Below, piece by piece: positions 37,499-46,761 of a stretch of 64,000 nt of DNA (position 1 is its first letter; the number at the start of each line of letters is the position of its first letter). The stretch lies in UHGV virus genome UHGV-1350217. One strand, 5' to 3'. The notes beneath the pieces were generated by a model. That model did not search any database. It had not been told where the DNA came from and saw only the letters and a program-made list of their open reading frames with translations. The translations under genes and the position numbers were made by a program. Source of the DNA: a virus.

Positions 37499-38626
37499 AT
37501 GAATACTATGCTTATGGCTACTTATATACCAAAACAGCAAGAAACTCCAGCTAGACTTATTACTGATATATATCCTTATGGTTCCTTTGACCATAAGGAA
37601 CATATACAGACTAATACTAATAAAGTCATTATGAGATATATGCCTTATAGTTATACTGGAATGTTAGAAGTTAGATTACGTTTAAATGATGGTAAATATG
37701 AAGTATTTATACCTCATATTAGCGTTATTCTTGGAGAAGGTGGTACTAGCGTACCAACTACTAAAGAGAATATCAAATATACAGTTAAGATTACTAATTA
37801 CAATGAGATTATAGTCTATGCTGATGGTAATCCTATAATGTTTAAAGATGCTTCTAAAGAATTACAAGTATCCTATGCTAGTCCTTATTATATTGGTAAA
37901 GTTTCTATACCTAATAATCCTATGAATCTTGATACTTATAAGAACTATATTTCTAAATCAGAATTAGGAGGTCTTTATTATCATCAGACTGGAGGAGAGT
38001 TCTTAAAAAATGAAGCTCATATTAAAGAAGGAACTTCAGCTACTGCTGTACTGTTCAAAGATACATATGATAAAAATCAGGCATTAAAAGGGGTTACAAT
38101 AGCAGGTTGGACTAATGCTGTTAATCCATTAGTAGAATTTCCTAAAGATATTAGTACTAAGACAATTCAATATATGAAAATACCTTTAGATATGAGCAAG
38201 TTTGTTAAATTACCTAGTCAGACTGAATATTCTTTTGTATTAGAATTAAAAGCTACTATAGGTTGGTATGATGAAAACTCTATGCTAACAGGTAATAAAG
38301 CTAATTTAACTAATACTAATGAGATTCACGGATATGCTCTAGTAATAGATAGTAAAATCTATGCTTCTATGATTCCTTATACTACTAAGTGGGAAAAGAA
38401 AGACTTTGATACTAATATAGAACACACACAGCATTCTATGCTAGGATTAGCAATGAAAGTAGATAAAGATGGTCATAGTTTGCTTATAGTAGATGAGCAT
38501 ATTAGAAGTCTAGAATCCCTAGAGATAATTGCTCATAGTGATTATGATGGAGGTGGTGAACTAGATATATGTAATATTCTAGGTAATGATGAAACCCTAT
38601 CAGCTTATCAAAAGGACTTAGAATGA
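37499..38626 (+). CDS. tail-associated structural protein (hypothetical)
   Basis: Position only. Confidence 0.4.
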   Translation: MNTMLMATYIPKQQETPARLITDIYPYGSFDHKEHIQTNTNKVIMRYMPYSYTGMLEVRLRLNDGKYEVFIPHISVILGEGGTSVPTTKENIKYTVKITNYNEIIVYADGNPIMFKDASKELQVSYASPYYIGKVSIPNNPMNLDTYKNYISKSELGGLYYHQTGGEFLKNEAHIKEGTSATAVLFKDTYDKNQALKGVTIAGWTNAVNPLVEFPKDISTKTIQYMKIPLDMSKFVKLPSQTEYSFVLELKATIGWYDENSMLTGNKANLTNTNEIHGYALVIDSKIYASMIPYTTKWEKKDFDTNIEHTQHSMLGLAMKVDKDGHSLLIVDEHIRSLESLEIIAHSDYDGGGELDICNILGNDETLSAYQKDLE

Positions 38627-38973
38627 TACATAGACCTATTTTAAAACCTTATAATAAAAGACAATTTGAAGTAGCTGAGGATTATGAGTTTGAAGGTATG
38701 ATTATCCCTAAAGGCTATCAGACTAATGGTGCTAATATACCTAGAGTATTCTGGAGTTTATTCCCTCCTAATAGTCCAGAGTATCTTAGTGCAGCTCTAA
38801 TACACGATTATATGTATGATTTAGCTATGGGTACTTATGCCAATCCTCTAGGGATTACATTTAAAGATGCAGATAAGAAGTTCTATGAGAATCTACTAGA
38901 ACTCAATGTGCCTAAATGGAAAGCTTGGTTATTCTATAAAAGTATTAGACTATATTCTAAAATTAGGTGGTAA
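38623..38973 (+). CDS. hypothetical protein
   Basis: ORF overlapping both neighbours. Confidence 0.4.
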   Translation: MIHRPILKPYNKRQFEVAEDYEFEGMIIPKGYQTNGANIPRVFWSLFPPNSPEYLSAALIHDYMYDLAMGTYANPLGITFKDADKKFYENLLELNVPKWKAWLFYKSIRLYSKIRW

Positions 38974-39332
38974 AAATGAAGTTTATAAGTAGTAAAGTAA
39001 TCATAATCTGCTTAATATTAGCAATAGTATCCTTTGGGATTAGTTTTTATAATCTAGGAACTAAAATAAAGCTATTAGAGGCTGAGAATATGCAATATAA
39101 ACAAGTAATTCAAGATTATAATACTACTGTAGAGGATTTAAAAGTTGAGATTCTTAGAGTATCTAATATAGCTAATCATAATGCTAAAGTAGCTGCTAAA
39201 TTAGATAGCTCTAAGGCTAAGCAAGTAATTAAAGTTAAAGTAAAGAAAGAGGATAATTATGAAGTATCTAACGATATTAATCTTACTCGTGAACTTGATA
39301 GGCTGTGGGAACAAACAATCAACAGTAAGTAA
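38967..39332 (+). CDS. i-spanin-like protein #1 (N-terminal TM plus coiled coil)
   Basis: TM helix VIIICLILAIVSFGISF followed by a coiled coil. A lipoprotein ORF overlaps its 3' end out of frame. Confidence 0.4.
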   Translation: MVKMKFISSKVIIICLILAIVSFGISFYNLGTKIKLLEAENMQYKQVIQDYNTTVEDLKVEILRVSNIANHNAKVAAKLDSSKAKQVIKVKVKKEDNYEVSNDINLTRELDRLWEQTINSK

Positions 39333-39531
39333 ACCTATAGTGGTAACTTGTACTCCTATTAGTCTCAAAGAATTTTATCCTACAAAGATTTCTAAGCCAT
39401 CATTTGATAGTAATCAAGCTATCCTCGATAGTTATGGAGAGTTATTAAAAAGCTATAGTATTAATACTAAGAAACTTCTTAATCTAATAGAGTTAGTTAA
39501 GAATCAAAATAAGCAATGCAAAGGTAACTAG
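39259..39531 (+). CDS. o-spanin-like lipoprotein #1
   Basis: MKYLTILILLVNLIGCG lipobox; AAGAGGA SD; starts inside the preceding gene out of frame. Confidence 0.4.
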   Translation: MKYLTILILLVNLIGCGNKQSTVSKPIVVTCTPISLKEFYPTKISKPSFDSNQAILDSYGELLKSYSINTKKLLNLIELVKNQNKQCKGN

Positions 39532-39879
39532 ATGGACGAGACTACTGTAGCTATACCTAATGCAGACCCTAGTAGTCTCTTAACATCTATAGTATCTAAT
39601 GCTAAGACTTTTGAGACTCTAGGTATTACTGGAGTACTGTTTATTCTAGTTATAGCTCTAGGATTTATGCTAGTATTTAAATTACGTAATGATACTAAGC
39701 TTACTAATATTGCTACACAGCTAAGTGCTTTAGCTACAGCTACTAGTAATGCTAATGAGATGAATAAAGAACTTAATTCATCTAATATGAAGTTTATAGA
39801 GCATTATTTAGAAACTATCAAGCAAGCATTAGATAAGTTAGAAGGATATATCTTGGATATAAAAGAGAGGCATAGCTAA
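39532..39879 (+). CDS. holin candidate (single TM)
   Basis: One TM helix, GITGVLFILVIALGFMLVF, with a charged C-terminal region; sits inside the lysis cassette. Confidence 0.35.
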   Translation: MDETTVAIPNADPSSLLTSIVSNAKTFETLGITGVLFILVIALGFMLVFKLRNDTKLTNIATQLSALATATSNANEMNKELNSSNMKFIEHYLETIKQALDKLEGYILDIKERHS

Positions 39880-40208
39880 TGGAAATTGCTAAGATATTAC
39901 AAATAGTCAGTGTTACTATAATAGTAGGTCTAAGTACATATGCTTATTACCTATCATCTAAGCTAGACCAAACTAAGTATGAACTAGCTAATAAGATAAT
40001 AGAGATGAATCTATGCAAAGCAGATAAGCAAACAGCTGAAGCTAAGATAGAGTTACAAAATACTCAAATTAAAGCTTTAGCTATTAAGCCCTTAGATGAA
40101 AAAGAACTAAAGAAACATATTAAAGTACTAGAGAAAGTAGAAGTTCCTAAAGAAAATACTGATTCTAAGAAAGTAGAATACTATGAAAATCTCTTTGATA
40201 ATATGTAG
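39879..40208 (+). CDS. i-spanin (Rz-like) #2
   Basis: N-terminal TM helix VSVTIIVGLSTYAYYL followed by a coiled coil; the 3' end overlaps a lipoprotein gene. Confidence 0.5.
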   Translation: MEIAKILQIVSVTIIVGLSTYAYYLSSKLDQTKYELANKIIEMNLCKADKQTAEAKIELQNTQIKALAIKPLDEKELKKHIKVLEKVEVPKENTDSKKVEYYENLFDNM

Positions 40209-40407
40209 TGCTATATTGCTTATAGGTTGTTCTAAAGAGCCTATAGTAAGGACTGAATATAAAACAGTAAATGTTCCAGTTAAATGTACTGAAGCTATGC
40301 CTAGTAAACCTAGATATATCAAAGGCAATTTAAAGAGTGCTAGAGATTTAATGGCATATTATAAGAAATGTGAATTAATATTAATAAATTGTATAAAGGA
40401 TAACTAA
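40183..40407 (+). CDS. o-spanin (Rz1-like lipoprotein) #2
   Basis: MKISLIICSAILLIGCS lipobox; 74 aa with several Cys; starts in the +1 frame within the last 8 codons of the i-spanin. Confidence 0.5.
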   Translation: MKISLIICSAILLIGCSKEPIVRTEYKTVNVPVKCTEAMPSKPRYIKGNLKSARDLMAYYKKCELILINCIKDN

Positions 40408-40823
40408 TGCTAATGAGTATAACTAGATTTAAAGAGATAGATGATAGAACTATAGGTAAGTTTACAATTACAGAGGATGGAGAGTTATTTCTTAGTGGAT
40501 ATACTTGTGAACCAGCAGGGCCTGATACTATTCTAAGTGGTAAAGATAAGAGAATACCACAAGGAGAATATACTATTACTTGGCATAACAGCCCTAGATT
40601 TAATAGACTACTTCCATTAATATTTAACTCTCAAGTACCTGCTACTAGATGTATATTAATACATTCAGGCAATACTGGAAAGAATACTGAAGGATGTATT
40701 CTAGTAGGTAAGACTTATGATAATAATGGAGTATGGAGTTCTAGAGAGACTCTAAATGCTTTAATAGAGATATTCCAAAAAGCTAAAGATATTAAACTAG
40801 TAATAACTAATCAAATAGGATAG
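40407..40823 (+). CDS. putative endolysin or cell-wall hydrolase (YkuD / L,D-transpeptidase-like fold)
   Basis: ILIHSGNTGKNTEGCILVG resembles the His...GC catalytic motif of YkuD-fold enzymes. It is the last gene of the lysis cassette. Confidence 0.35.
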   Translation: MLMSITRFKEIDDRTIGKFTITEDGELFLSGYTCEPAGPDTILSGKDKRIPQGEYTITWHNSPRFNRLLPLIFNSQVPATRCILIHSGNTGKNTEGCILVGKTYDNNGVWSSRETLNALIEIFQKAKDIKLVITNQIG

Positions 40824-40827
40824 ACAG

Positions 40828-42891
40828 ATGATAGCAAATGAGGAAAAAGCTCTTAGAATATTCAAAGCGGATTTCATCTCGGCTCAGAATGCTAAGAAAG
40901 AGATAGAAGCTAAAATGGAGGAATGGAGAGATAGATATAATGGTAAGCCATATGGAAATGAGACTAAAGATGGCTCTAGGTCTAAGATAGTATCTAGAGA
41001 TATTAAAAAGCAATCTGAATGGCAACACGCTGAACTATTAGACCCATTTGTATCTACTCCTGATATTATTCAAGCTAATCCTAATAGTTATGAGGATGCA
41101 GAAATAGCACCTAGAATAGGTCTATTGCTTAACACTCAATTTTGCTTGCAATTTAATAGATATAACTTTATGGCTAAAGCTCTTAAAGTTTTAGATGTAG
41201 AAGGAACTTGTGTAGTTAGATTAGGCTGGGAATATGAGGAAAAAGAAGTAGTAGATTTAGTCTATGATGAAATCCCTAATCCTCAATTACAGCAATTAAA
41301 ATTAATTATTCAGCAAGCTCTAGAGCAAGGAGACCAACAAACTGCTATAGAGTTACAACAACAAGGACAGCAATTACCTCCTACTATAAAGCAACCTAGA
41401 CAAGTTAAAAGAGTAAAGCCTATTAAAAATCATCCTACAGCTACAGTATGCAGAAATGATGATATATTCATAGACCCTACTTGTATGGATGACTTCGAAA
41501 ATTGTCAATTTATAATTCATAGATATGAGACAGATTTAAGTCATCTAAAGAAAGCTGGTATCTATAAAAACCTAGAGGAAATTAAAATCAAACTAGATAG
41601 CTCTAATATAGATGGAGTATATGATGATTACAAAAGACCTGATAGATATCTATTTAACTTTGAAGATAAAACTAGACGTAAACTACTAGTCTATGAATAT
41701 TGGGGATTCTATGACATTAATAATGATGGTATTAATGAATCTATAGTATGTACTTGGGTAGGTGATACTATCATTAGATTTGAGGAGAATCCATATCCTG
41801 ATAAAAAGCTTCCATTTGTAGTTACTCCATTTACTCCTATTCCTTTTCAGATGTATGGTGAATCTAATGCTGAATTACTAGATGATATACAAAAAGTTAA
41901 GACTGCTATTTATAGAGGATTTGTAGATAATATGGCATTAAGTAATAATGCTCAAAAAGGTATTAGACAAGGAGTACTAGACCAAGCTAATAGAATTAAG
42001 TTCTTAGCAGGTAAGAACTTTACCTTTGCAGCTAATGGTAATCCAGCTGTAGATTTCTATGAAGGACATTTCAATGAATTACCTGGAAGTATCTTTAATA
42101 TGCTTCAATTACTATCTAATGAAGCTGAGAGTATCACTGGAGTTAAGTCTTTTAATCAAGGATTAAATAGCAATACTCTAGGGGGTACAGCTACAGGTAT
42201 ACAAGGAGTACTTACTAGTGCTAGTACCCGTAGATTAAATATAGTCAGAAACATCTCTGAGAACTTAGTAAAGCCTATACTACGTAAATGGCTAGCATAT
42301 GATGCAGAGTTTCTAGATGAGGAAACTCAGATTAGAATAACTAATGATGAGTTTCTATGGCTTAAAAGAGACGACTTAGGAGCTAATATAGACATAGTAC
42401 TATCTATCTCTACAGCTGATGATAATCAATCTAAAGCTAATAGCCTTACTATGATGTTACAGACTACAGCTCAATCATTACCGTTTGAAATTACTAAGCC
42501 TCTATTAATACAAATGGCTCAGTTATATAGAATGCCAGATTTAGCTAAAGCAATAGCAGATTATACTCCTCAACCACCTCAACCAACTCCTGAGGAACAG
42601 CAAATGGCTCAACTACAACTAGAGGGTATGCAAGCAGAGAATGCTCTAACTATGTCTAAAGTAGATAAGAATCAAGTAGATAATGAATACAAGCAAGCTA
42701 GAACAGAGAGTGAAAAAGCTAAAGCAGCTAATATAGCTTCTAAGACAGATAAGCAAGACTTAGATTATCTACACGATTACTATCAAACTAAGGCTAAAAA
42801 TGAAGCAGATAAGCAAGCTAGACAGCAGAAGTTTGATATTGATAAAGAAACTTTAAAACTATTAGAAAACTCTAATAGGAAGTATTTATAA
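40828..42891 (+). CDS. portal protein
   Basis: 687 aa; lies between the lysis/tail genes and the scaffold-MCP pair, as in N4-like phages; Q-rich C-terminal region. Confidence 0.5.
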   Translation: MIANEEKALRIFKADFISAQNAKKEIEAKMEEWRDRYNGKPYGNETKDGSRSKIVSRDIKKQSEWQHAELLDPFVSTPDIIQANPNSYEDAEIAPRIGLLLNTQFCLQFNRYNFMAKALKVLDVEGTCVVRLGWEYEEKEVVDLVYDEIPNPQLQQLKLIIQQALEQGDQQTAIELQQQGQQLPPTIKQPRQVKRVKPIKNHPTATVCRNDDIFIDPTCMDDFENCQFIIHRYETDLSHLKKAGIYKNLEEIKIKLDSSNIDGVYDDYKRPDRYLFNFEDKTRRKLLVYEYWGFYDINNDGINESIVCTWVGDTIIRFEENPYPDKKLPFVVTPFTPIPFQMYGESNAELLDDIQKVKTAIYRGFVDNMALSNNAQKGIRQGVLDQANRIKFLAGKNFTFAANGNPAVDFYEGHFNELPGSIFNMLQLLSNEAESITGVKSFNQGLNSNTLGGTATGIQGVLTSASTRRLNIVRNISENLVKPILRKWLAYDAEFLDEETQIRITNDEFLWLKRDDLGANIDIVLSISTADDNQSKANSLTMMLQTTAQSLPFEITKPLLIQMAQLYRMPDLAKAIADYTPQPPQPTPEEQQMAQLQLEGMQAENALTMSKVDKNQVDNEYKQARTESEKAKAANIASKTDKQDLDYLHDYYQTKAKNEADKQARQQKFDIDKETLKLLENSNRKYL

Positions 42892-42939
42892 GCTTAAAGC
42901 TTATGTTATACTTAAATAACTTTATACAAGGAGAAATAT

Positions 42940-43236
42940 ATGAATGATGAACTCTTAGATGAGTTGGAAAATGCTGATTTAGTTACAGGAGATAACTCTT
43001 ATAACGTAAAGCTAGCTAAGGCATTATCAAGACTAGAGAATAACAAAGACTTTCAGTTAGTTATTTTAGATGGCTTTATGCAAGAGAAAGTAGTCTCTAT
43101 GGCTATGCAATTATCTATTCCAGGAGCTGATAAAGGTACTATTATGGAGTATCTAATAGCAGCTAATAAACTAAGAGACTATTTCATCGCTATTAAAAAT
43201 CTAGCTGGTGAAATTGACAACGAAACTAAGGATTAA
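42940..43236 (+). CDS. hypothetical head protein
   Basis: Position only. Confidence 0.4.
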   Translation: MNDELLDELENADLVTGDNSYNVKLAKALSRLENNKDFQLVILDGFMQEKVVSMAMQLSIPGADKGTIMEYLIAANKLRDYFIAIKNLAGEIDNETKD

Positions 43237-43238
43237 TT

Positions 43239-44336
43239 ATGGCAGAGGATATTAAGAAGGAACTAACCGACGAAGATGTATATAATATGTCTGAGGAGGA
43301 GTTCAACAAGTTTCTACAAGATGATTTAGATAAGTTAAATACCACTGAAGTAGCTGATGAACCTACAGAACAACCTACAGAGGAAGTTACTAAAACTCCT
43401 ACTGAGGAAGTAGCTAAAACTGATGAAAATCAAGAACCTGTAGAACAACCAAAAGAGGAAACACCTGTAGAAACTCCTACAGATAATGCTTCTAATGACG
43501 AATCTACAAGTAACGATAATAAAGCAGAGGAAACTCCTGAGACTTATACCATTAGGGCTAATAAGCAAGACTATACACTTACACTAGATGAAATCAAAAA
43601 TCTAGCAAGTAAAGGTATAGACTATACTAAAAAGACTCAGCAGTTTAAAGAGTATCTACCTGTTTTAGATGCACTGAAACAGCAAGGAATTAAACCTGAA
43701 TCTATTAATGTCTTAATAGACGTTGCTAAAGGCAATAAAGAAGCTATTAAGAGCATTATCAAAGCTAATAATATAGACCCTATGGATTTAGATGATTCTA
43801 TGTCTGTTGCAGATGATGATGGTAAGGAATCAAAACCTTATGCTCCACAAGAGTATAGACCTAATTATGCTAAGCAGGAACTAGATGAAGTTGTTGCTAG
43901 ACTCTCACAAGAGCCTGAATATTATAAACAGACTATTTCTGTAGTTAGTAGTTTAGACGATGTCTCTAAAGATTTTCTGCAAAATAATCCTGCTGCTATT
44001 GAAGGTTTGCAGAATGATATTAAATCTGGAGAATATGCTAAGACTATGACTTATGCTAATACACTAGCAGTTAGAGATAATTTCTCTAAGCCTGTTCTAG
44101 AGTATTACATTAATGCAGCTAGAGAATTAGCTATGAATAATATTCAAAGAGCAGCTAGTACTAAAGACCAAGATATTGCTAGAGAACGACAAAGAATAGA
44201 GAATAGAAATAAAGTAGTAGCTTCTAATCCAGTAGCTACACCTCCTGCTAAAGACCTAGTAGGTAAAGATGCAGAGGATGCTATATTTTCAATGTCTACT
44301 GAGGAGTTCCAGAAGTATCTTGAAAGTATTAAATAA
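43239..44336 (+). CDS. scaffolding protein candidate
   Basis: Very acidic, with P/E/T-rich repeats and predicted helices; immediately upstream of the major capsid gene. Confidence 0.45.
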   Translation: MAEDIKKELTDEDVYNMSEEEFNKFLQDDLDKLNTTEVADEPTEQPTEEVTKTPTEEVAKTDENQEPVEQPKEETPVETPTDNASNDESTSNDNKAEETPETYTIRANKQDYTLTLDEIKNLASKGIDYTKKTQQFKEYLPVLDALKQQGIKPESINVLIDVAKGNKEAIKSIIKANNIDPMDLDDSMSVADDDGKESKPYAPQEYRPNYAKQELDEVVARLSQEPEYYKQTISVVSSLDDVSKDFLQNNPAAIEGLQNDIKSGEYAKTMTYANTLAVRDNFSKPVLEYYINAARELAMNNIQRAASTKDQDIARERQRIENRNKVVASNPVATPPAKDLVGKDAEDAIFSMSTEEFQKYLESIK

Positions 44337-44351
44337 TAAAAGGATTTAATT

Positions 44352-45554
44352 ATGGCTAATCCATACAAATATCAAGACGGTAACCCTTCAACTCACGGTA
44401 ATCAGATGATTCTAGCAGCTGCTAATAGAGCAGGTATTGAAGCAGCTAAAGCTCATATGATTTATAGACAATTTGCTGATAGAAAGTTCACTCTACCTCA
44501 GCGAAATGGTAAGATTTATAAAATTACTAAATATCAGAATATGTATGATAGAGCTCTAGGTACTCCAGAGTTTCTAGCTAAAGGCTTTATGCAAGGTAGA
44601 GACATAGCTGATGTTCAGACAGCTACTACAGGAGCAGCACTATCTGAAGGAGCTGGACGACAGAATCTAGTAGATACTAGTGTTAAAGTACTAGAGACTA
44701 CTATGAAACGCTATGGTGAGATGATTGAATACACTGATGAACTAGACTTGTTTTCAGACAATATGAGTTCAATCAGACTACGACAGCAAATGGGAGATAG
44801 AGCAGCTAGTCTTTACGAGGACTTGCTACAGCTAGACCTATTAGCTACTACTAACGTAATGTATCCATCTCTAGCATCTAGTGTTGCTACTATGGGAACA
44901 GGTCTAGTAGCTGATGGTAGTCTAGATAATAACTATCGAGCTAGCTATGACTTCTTTAAACGATGTGTAGTTAAGCTAAAAGCTAATAGAGCTAAGAAAT
45001 CTACTTCTGCTATCAATGCTACTACAGGTATTGGTACAGTTCCTATTGATGCTAGTTATTACTGTGTAATTCCAGCAGCAGTACACTATGACCTAGATTG
45101 CTTATCTAAGACATCTACTGATGCTAAAGTATCTAAGTTTGCCTTTGTTCCTGTAGTAGAGTATCCATCTACTAAAGGCGCTATTGAAGGTGAAGTAGGT
45201 GCTATGGGAGAAGTTAGATTTATCGAAGCTGAGCAAGCTGTAGTATATAGAGGACAAGGAGCAGAAGTTCCAGCATCTTATGCAGGTCATCTGTCTAAAT
45301 CTCAAAAAGGGGGTAAAGACCACTTTGATGTATTCCCAGTTCTATTCCCTACTAAAGATAGCTTTGCTACTGTAGGTCTAGAAGGCAAAGATGGTATTAA
45401 CTTTATTGTTAAATCTCCTAAAGAGGATGTTAATAGAGCTAATAACCCTTATGGTACTCAAGGATTTACTTCTTATAACTTCTTTTATGCAACTCTTATT
45501 ATTCGAGAGGAAGCATTACTTAAAGGTTATTTGCTTGCTACAGCAATCGATTAA
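44352..45554 (+). CDS. major capsid protein
   Basis: 400 aa, the most GC- and codon-optimised gene; followed by a strong terminator; position matches the N4-like scaffold-MCP arrangement. Confidence 0.6.
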   Translation: MANPYKYQDGNPSTHGNQMILAAANRAGIEAAKAHMIYRQFADRKFTLPQRNGKIYKITKYQNMYDRALGTPEFLAKGFMQGRDIADVQTATTGAALSEGAGRQNLVDTSVKVLETTMKRYGEMIEYTDELDLFSDNMSSIRLRQQMGDRAASLYEDLLQLDLLATTNVMYPSLASSVATMGTGLVADGSLDNNYRASYDFFKRCVVKLKANRAKKSTSAINATTGIGTVPIDASYYCVIPAAVHYDLDCLSKTSTDAKVSKFAFVPVVEYPSTKGAIEGEVGAMGEVRFIEAEQAVVYRGQGAEVPASYAGHLSKSQKGGKDHFDVFPVLFPTKDSFATVGLEGKDGINFIVKSPKEDVNRANNPYGTQGFTSYNFFYATLIIREEALLKGYLLATAID

Positions 45555-45562
45555 TCTACTTT

Positions 45563-45580
45563 GGGGAGTTAATTCTCCCC
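45563..45580 (+). terminator. intrinsic terminator GGGGAG-TTAATT-CTCCCC after the capsid gene
   Basis: 6-bp GC stem followed by a T-rich stretch. Confidence 0.45.
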
Positions 45581-45606
45581 TATATCTTTATAGAAAGGCT
45601 TAACTT

Positions 45607-46005
45607 ATGGCTAATCCAATGAAAAAAACTTCAGATGAAAATACTACTAGTCCTTTAGTAATTCAATCAGTTCCTAATACTGTAGAGACTAATCTACCTA
45701 GTGATACTATTAATAGACTAAAAGAAGCAGCTCTAAAGAAATACAAAGTAACTGTAACTAATAATGATCCTAAAGAAAGTGCTAATTTGACTAGTGTATA
45801 TGTATCAGTTGCTAATGCTTTCTTTACTAAGTCTTATGTACTTCCATTTGGTATTCCAGTAAATGGAGTAGAGCAATGTGTTATTGATAATCTAAAAGAG
45901 ATTACATTTCCTTTTACTACTGAAAGTGATGTAAACCCAGGTCTTAGTAAAACTACTATGAGACCTAAATATACTGTAGTAGTAGAACCTTACGTAGAGG
46001 AGTAA
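45607..46005 (+). CDS. virion protein (hypothetical)
   Basis: Position only. Confidence 0.4.
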   Translation: MANPMKKTSDENTTSPLVIQSVPNTVETNLPSDTINRLKEAALKKYKVTVTNNDPKESANLTSVYVSVANAFFTKSYVLPFGIPVNGVEQCVIDNLKEITFPFTTESDVNPGLSKTTMRPKYTVVVEPYVEE

Positions 46006-46008
46006 TCT

Positions 46009-46749
46009 ATGGCTACTGGTTGTCTAGATTGTAAGGCTCTAACTACTGATTTAGACAATCTGTCATTAGAGCTAGAATTACCTCAAAAAGATGATTTAAA
46101 GATTGACCTAGATGTAGGTGATTTAACTGATGGTTCTTTAACAGAAGTTAATCACTATGGTAGAGAACTGCTAGAATGGAAAGGCTCTAAGATATTAGAC
46201 AAACTCTGTGAAGTAATGTCTGAGAATCTTAGAGCTCAATATGATAGTGGTAGAATAGTCAATAAAGACTATGCTGATGTATATTCACAATCCTTAGCAG
46301 TTACACTTCAACAAGCTGTTACTTTTATAACTACTAAAGCACAAGTAGAAGCTTCACTGAAAACCCAATGGTGGGTTCAACTAGCTAATATCAAGATGCA
46401 ATACTTACAATTAAAAGTAGATTTATTAATTAAAATAGCTGAACTTAAAATGAAATGTTGTCTAACTCAGGCTCAAATAGCACAAATTGAAGCTCAAGCT
46501 AGACTACTAGATAGACAACTACTAGGTTTTGATGATAATATGTATATTAAGCTTATAGAATATCAACTACAAGCTTTCTCTATGATTTATTCTAGTGGTA
46601 TGTTAGATGATGGAGCATTACCTACTCCATTAAATAATGCAGAGTTATCTAATGTCTATAAAACTTATAAAGATAGAATAACTGCAGTAACTCCTAAATT
46701 ACTAGCAGATGAAAAGATAAATGCTGCTAACTCATTATATCTCCCTTAA
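46009..46749 (+). CDS. virion protein (hypothetical)
   Basis: Position only. Confidence 0.4.
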   Translation: MATGCLDCKALTTDLDNLSLELELPQKDDLKIDLDVGDLTDGSLTEVNHYGRELLEWKGSKILDKLCEVMSENLRAQYDSGRIVNKDYADVYSQSLAVTLQQAVTFITTKAQVEASLKTQWWVQLANIKMQYLQLKVDLLIKIAELKMKCCLTQAQIAQIEAQARLLDRQLLGFDDNMYIKLIEYQLQAFSMIYSSGMLDDGALPTPLNNAELSNVYKTYKDRITAVTPKLLADEKINAANSLYLP

Positions 46750-46761
46750 TAAGGAGATATA

